The position numbers and the translations under genes were made by a program. A DNA stretch of 64,000 nt, taken from the NCBI GenBank assembly GCA_039811685.1, contig JBDHZC010000001.1, positions 800,001-864,000 of the forward strand, written 5' to 3'. The notes under the pieces were generated by a model, which worked only from the letters and a program-made list of their open reading frames with translations, did not search any database and was not told where the DNA came from. This document shows positions 59,527-64,000 of the stretch, one piece after another. Position 1 is the first letter of the stretch, and the number at the start of each line of letters is the position of its first letter. Origin of the DNA: Armatimonadota bacterium. Its GTDB lineage: Bacteria; Armatimonadota; UBA5829; DSUL01.

Positions 59527-60560
59527 CAGGCGGGTAGTGTGGACGCCAGAGCGCTGGAGAGGTTGCGGGCGATGACTTCAATGGCGGCTATGACGTGGGC
59601 ATAGTCCATTCGGGTAGGCCCACAGACGCCGATACTCCCACCAATCCCGGATCTGTCTCCATAGGAGGCGGCGACCAGGCTGCACGCACGCAGAGGCTCC
59701 AGCGGGTTTTCCGTTCCGATAACCACCTGGGGACGCTCGCCGACCGCCGCCGCTCTGAGAAGGGACGCGACCGTAGCGTGCTGTTCAAGGACCGACAGGA
59801 CCAACTCCATAGTCTCGTGCTCGTGGAACTCAGGATGTCTCGCGAAGTAGCTGGCGCCGTCTATAAAGACTTCAGGCTCACTGACATCTGCAGCGATCTC
59901 CTGCACCATCTGCAAAGCCACTGAAACCATTCGCGCAATGGGCGCATCGTGCCCCGTTGCCGCTTCTTTCAGGCCCAGCCGGAGTTCATCCTCTGTTGCG
60001 CCGGTGACTCTTTCAGCCAGCCGCCGTCCAGCCAGCCTCAGCACATCCGCTGAAACCCGCCCACACGTGAGAATTGCATGCCGAAGCTGCCCGTTGGACC
60101 AAAGCGTCAAAAGCATGACCTTGTCGGAAGCTACCTGACGCAGATCCAGCCATTTGAGTGTTAATGCCTCCGCAGTCGGTGCGGTCGCTACGGCCGTGAG
60201 TTCAGTGATAGCCGAAAGCAGCCGGCACGTACCTGCCACCAGATCGTCCACAGCCGAGTGCTCGCGCACCAGCACCGCTTCTCCGCGCTTCAGATGAGAA
60301 GGGTTCAGCGACGAATGGGGCATAAGATAGTCCACGTAGAAGCGATAGCCGCGATCAGACGGAACCCGTCCCGAGCTCGTGTGAGGCTGGCGAAGATAGC
60401 CAAGATCCGCCATCTCGGCCATTTCATTGCGGATTGTCGCTGACTTGACGCCCAGTTTGCACGCGACTGCGATCTGTTCGGAGGCGACTGGCTCCGCGGT
60501 GCGCACATGTTCGTGAACGACCGCCTTCAGAATTTTCTGTTTACGCTCGTCCAGATTCAT
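59526..60560 (-). CDS. hrcA: Heat-inducible transcription repressor HrcA
   Basis: SATIRNEMA, QPHTSSGRVPSDRGYRFYVD, GPTRMDY. Confidence 0.97.
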   Translation of the reverse strand: MNLDERKQKILKAVVHEHVRTAEPVASEQIAVACKLGVKSATIRNEMAEMADLGYLRQPHTSSGRVPSDRGYRFYVDYLMPHSSLNPSHLKRGEAVLVREHSAVDDLVAGTCRLLSAITELTAVATAPTAEALTLKWLDLRQVASDKVMLLTLWSNGQLRHAILTCGRVSADVLRLAGRRLAERVTGATEDELRLGLKEAATGHDAPIARMVSVALQMVQEIAADVSEPEVFIDGASYFARHPEFHEHETMELVLSVLEQHATVASLLRAAAVGERPQVVIGTENPLEPLRACSLVAASYGDRSGIGGSIGVCGPTRMDYAHVIAAIEVIARNLSSALASTLPA

Positions 60561-60645
60561 TGACAGTAGAACGGCGAGGAATGACCAGCGATTTGGGAGG
60601 AGAGCCCAGAGTAAGTTCGATCAACAGTCCCAAGCATGCTTGATT

Positions 60646-60672
60646 TTAGCAATCTGCTGGAGCGACTGTCAA
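60646..60672 (-). promoter_or_regulatory. CIRCE operator overlapping the hrcA sigma70 promoter
   Basis: TTAGCAATC-N9-GACTGTCAA (8/9 and 6/9 matches to TTAGCACTC-N9-GAGTGCTAA); minus strand reads TTGACA-N18-TAAAAT with TG. Confidence 0.8.
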
Positions 60673-60784
60673 CCGAGCGGCAGTTTGAGACATTCATCTA
60701 CACGGGTACGGACAGATCCAGATGAACGGAGATGAGGTGCGCGGTGGCAATTTGGCGTGCAGCCTGCGTAAAAGCCGGGACGTA

Positions 60785-61534
60785 TCAGTGCCCCAACGCT
60801 CCAGACTCATTCACACATGCTCCATCCACTTGCAGAGCACTCAGCGCTTCTGCGGCAGCCGCCTGTTCAGCCTGCTTCTTGCTCTTGCCAATACCGCTGC
60901 CCGCAACCCTGCCGTCAATCTCAACCTGCACCGTGAACGTCTTGTCGTGGTCAGCGCCAGTCTCGCTCACAACGGCATAGCGAAGCGTCATCTTGTTGTG
61001 ACCCTGGACAAACTGCTGAAGGCGGGATTTGTAATCGCGAAGGTGGACTCCCGCTTCAATCTCGCCGAGCACATCAGATAACGACCGGATGATAAACTCG
61101 CGCGCAGCCTCCAAACCCTGGTCGAGATAGACAACAGCTACGATAGCTTCGTAGGTGTCGGAAAGGATGCTGGCGCGGTTGCGCCCGCCCGACATTCGCT
61201 CACCCGTGGAAAGCAAAATATGCTCCTGCACACCAAGCCGCTGCGCGGCCTCAGCCAGGGCAGGCTCGCTTACAGCGACAGCTTTGGCTTTGGACAACTC
61301 TCCTTCCGGCCAATCTTCCATCTGGCGATAGAGCCACTCTGACACGATCAGACCGAGGACGGAGTCTCCCAGAAACTCCAGTCGCTCGTTGCTGAGGACG
61401 CCAGTACTCTCACCGAGATAGGATCTGTGCGTCAGGGCGGTTCGGAGCAGGCTGGTATCCTGCAGATGAATACCCAGACTACGAACGACTTCCTGCAGAC
61501 TCTCTTCGGTAAGAACTGGCGGCGGTTGACTCAC
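60785..61534 (-). CDS. rnc: Ribonuclease III
   Basis: ALTHRS, NERLEFLGDSVL, dsRBD DYKSRLQ...SKKQAEQAAA; start taken at GTG 61534. Confidence 0.96.
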   Translation of the reverse strand: MSQPPPVLTEESLQEVVRSLGIHLQDTSLLRTALTHRSYLGESTGVLSNERLEFLGDSVLGLIVSEWLYRQMEDWPEGELSKAKAVAVSEPALAEAAQRLGVQEHILLSTGERMSGGRNRASILSDTYEAIVAVVYLDQGLEAAREFIIRSLSDVLGEIEAGVHLRDYKSRLQQFVQGHNKMTLRYAVVSETGADHDKTFTVQVEIDGRVAGSGIGKSKKQAEQAAAAEALSALQVDGACVNESGALGH

Positions 61535-61538
61535 GGAA

Positions 61539-62726
61539 TCACGACAACCCCTCAATGGCCTTATGGATGCGCTCAACACCCTTCTCAATGTTCTCCATAG
61601 AGGTCGCGTAGCTCAGCCGGACGTTGTCCGGGGCGCCAAAGCCAGAACCGGGCACGACAGCGACATTGGCCGTCTCAAGCAACCATTCCGCCAAGGTGTC
61701 AGAATTGCTGAACCTGCCTTTAGAAGCCGAGAGCACGCCGGCAATGTTTGGAAACACATAAAAGGCGCCGCCAGGCGTCAGACACTCCACCCCTGGAATA
61801 TCGTTAAGCATCTGCACTATTCGGTCGCGCCGCTTTTCAAACTCCCGGCGCATCATTTCAACCGGCTCCTGTGGCCCTGTAAGCGCCGCAACTCCGCCCT
61901 TTTGAGCGAAGCTGGTCGGGTTGGATGTGCTCTGATCCTGAATCCTGCCAACGGCGGAAATCACATCCGCGTCAGCAGCCATGTAGCCCAGACGCCAACC
62001 AGTCATCGAGTACGCCTTGGACATCCCATTGATGACCACGGTCAGCTTCTTGATCTCCTCACCCAGACTGGCAATGCTGACAAACTCCGTGCCATAGATG
62101 ATTTTCTCGTAGATTTCATCTGAGAGCACCATCACGCGCCGGCGCACGGCCACCTCGGCAATGGCCTGTAGTTGAGCACGGGTATACACTGCCCCGGTCG
62201 GGTTGGAGGGGCTGTTGACGATAACCATCTTCGTCCGATCGGTGACAGCGTCTTCAAACTGGCGTGGCGTCATCGTAAAGCCGGTAGATTCATCTGTCTT
62301 CACGATGACCGGCTTACCTTCCGCCAGAAGCACCTGCTCGGGATAAGACACCCAGTAAGGCGAGGGGATGATCACCTCATCGCCTTCGTTCAGCAGCGCC
62401 TGGAACAGGTTGTAAATGGAGTGCTTCGCCCCTACGGATACGGCAATTTGCTTCACATCGTAGCTCAGCCCGTTATCGCGCAGGAGTTTGTCAACGATGG
62501 CTTTCTTCAGATCAGGGGTGCCTGTTGAGGGGGTGTACTTTGTAAACCCGGCATCCAGGGCTGTGCGGGCTGCATCTTTGATATGCTCCGGCGTATCGAA
62601 GTCAGGTTCGCCGGCCGCAAAGCCAACCAGGTCCACACCCTGAGCCTTCAGAGCATTAGCTTTGGCAGTGATGCCCAGTGTCGGCGATGGACTGGCCCGC
62701 CGCGCTCGTTCAGATATCGTAACCAC
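61539..62726 (-). CDS. Aspartate aminotransferase (class I/II PLP enzyme)
   Basis: GEPDF, PYWVSY, NSPSNPTG, DEIY, SKAYSMTGWR. Confidence 0.93.
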   Translation of the reverse strand: MVTISERARRASPSPTLGITAKANALKAQGVDLVGFAAGEPDFDTPEHIKDAARTALDAGFTKYTPSTGTPDLKKAIVDKLLRDNGLSYDVKQIAVSVGAKHSIYNLFQALLNEGDEVIIPSPYWVSYPEQVLLAEGKPVIVKTDESTGFTMTPRQFEDAVTDRTKMVIVNSPSNPTGAVYTRAQLQAIAEVAVRRRVMVLSDEIYEKIIYGTEFVSIASLGEEIKKLTVVINGMSKAYSMTGWRLGYMAADADVISAVGRIQDQSTSNPTSFAQKGGVAALTGPQEPVEMMRREFEKRRDRIVQMLNDIPGVECLTPGGAFYVFPNIAGVLSASKGRFSNSDTLAEWLLETANVAVVPGSGFGAPDNVRLSYATSMENIEKGVERIHKAIEGLS

Positions 62727-62931
62727 TAGTGGCGTTCTCCATTCTTTGTAGAATCAGGCAGCATTATCAAAAGACCAGTTTATTTAGGCATGTAAGCGCG
62801 CTTCTCGCAAGAGAAAAGCCTGTTGTCTCAACTGCCAGCATTCTCGAGAGTCCGATATCTGTTGCGCAAATGTCCAAACCGGGCAACAACCAGGCCTGAA
62901 CTGGTGAGTGCTACGCTGAGTGACGCAGAGG

Positions 62932-64000
62932 TTACGCTCGCGCAAAGATCAACGTCGCGTTATGTCCACCGAACCCAAACGAGTTGGACAGAGCAACGTC
63001 TATAGTCATCGGCCGCGCCTGGTTAGGCACATAATCCAGATCGCAATCCGGGTCTGGAGTCTCGTAATTGATCGTTGGTGGAGCGACATTGCGCTGCATG
63101 GCCATCAGGCAGACAACGGCTTCCACCGCGCCGGCAGCACCGAGAAGGTGCCCCATCATGGATTTCGTGGAGCTGATCGCTACCTTGCGCGCCTGTTCCT
63201 CCCCAAAGACGGTCTTGATAGCTGCGGTCTCAATGCGGTCATTCGGCGGAGTGGAGGTTCCGTGAGCATTGATGTAGTCAACGTCCTGTGGGCTGAGGCC
63301 AGCGTCACTCAGAGCTGCCCGCATACAACGCACAGCCCCGTCCCCATTGGGCGCAGGCATTGTGATGTGGTAGGCGTCTCCGGACATCCCGTATCCAACA
63401 ACTTCTCCGTAGATCTTCGCACCGCGAGCCCTGGCAGACTCCATCTCTTCCAGAACAACAACGCCCGCCCCTTCGCCTATCACAAACCCGTCGCGCTCTT
63501 TATCGAAAGGCCGACTGGCGTGCTGATAGTCGTCATTGCGCGTTGAGAGTGCGCGCATGTTACAGAAGCCGGCCATCGCCAGTGGGCGTACGGCGGCCTC
63601 TGCGCCTCCGGCGATCATCGCGTCAGCGTCCCCACGCCGGATAATCTCCACCGCGTCACCAATAGCGTGGCTGCCAGTGGCGCAGGCCGTTGCAACCGTC
63701 GAGTTTGGCCCCCGCGCGCCGGTCATTATTGACACCTGACCACTGGCCATGTCCGCAATCAGCATTGGAACAAAGAACGGGCTTACTCGCGATGGCCCCC
63801 GCTCTACCAGAACTGCGTTCTGCTCCTCCCACGTACGAGTTCCCCCGATGCCAGAGCCGATCAGCACGCCAACGCGGTCTCGATTCTCATCCGTGATGCT
63901 CAGTCCCGAGTCTTCGTGGGCCATAAGAGCCGCGCCAATAGCGTAGCGCACAAATGGATCGTTGCGGTCCACCTCTTTGGGTGTGAGCCACCGGGTCGGG
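62932..64000 (-). CDS. fabF: Beta-ketoacyl-ACP synthase II, 5' end outside the window
   Basis: [31 protein letters not shown]; frame is open to the window edge. Confidence 0.96.
   Translation of the reverse strand, partial: PTRWLTPKEVDRNDPFVRYAIGAALMAHEDSGLSITDENRDRVGVLIGSGIGGTRTWEEQNAVLVERGPSRVSPFFVPMLIADMASGQVSIMTGARGPNSTVATACATGSHAIGDAVEIIRRGDADAMIAGGAEAAVRPLAMAGFCNMRALSTRNDDYQHASRPFDKERDGFVIGEGAGVVVLEEMESARARGAKIYGEVVGYGMSGDAYHITMPAPNGDGAVRCMRAALSDAGLSPQDVDYINAHGTSTPPNDRIETAAIKTVFGEEQARKVAISSTKSMMGHLLGAAGAVEAVVCLMAMQRNVAPPTINYETPDPDCDLDYVPNQARPMTIDVALSNSFGFGGHNATLIFARA

Noticed and set aside
1..64000. CRISPR arrays, tRNA/rRNA genes, IS elements, prophage or reverse-transcriptase systems
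   Set aside because: No periodic repeats, cloverleaf motifs, transposase, integrase or RT ORFs were seen by eye. Short ncRNAs could have been missed without Infernal.

Overview
Gene-dense, roughly 58-60% GC (by eye) bacterial chromosome segment with about 53 CDSs. I found no rRNA, tRNA, CRISPR array or mobile element. The gene mix (DUF6785-type membrane protein, several Gfo/Idh/MocA oxidoreductases, FGE-family and PmoA-like secreted proteins, PAS-GAF-RsbT fusion, Firmicutes-like housekeeping synteny) suggests Armatimonadota or a related lineage; this is inference. Housekeeping blocks: typA; leuCD; radical SAM-DUF2344-rng-rplU-rpmA-obgE-proB-proA-nadD-LCP-rsfS; pabB/pabC-like; alr; hrcA-chaperonin-grpE; rnc; aspartate aminotransferase; partial fabF. 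The best candidate for an undescribed system is a six-gene minus-strand operon at 34116-43877. It encodes a 1591-aa MacB/FtsX-type permease carrying a degenerate M28 peptidase/PA ectodomain, an OPT-like transporter, a tandem-domain protein, a PqqD/RRE protein, a minimal FtsX permease and a LolD-like ATPase. A perfect 12-bp inverted repeat lies upstream. Also notable: a thermosome-like (group III) chaperonin between hrcA and grpE with a CIRCE element coinciding with the promoter, a sigma28-like promoter before an SGDEF diguanylate cyclase, and a GH130/HAD/AmpG-like MFS module. All family calls come from motif recognition by eye, not database searches.
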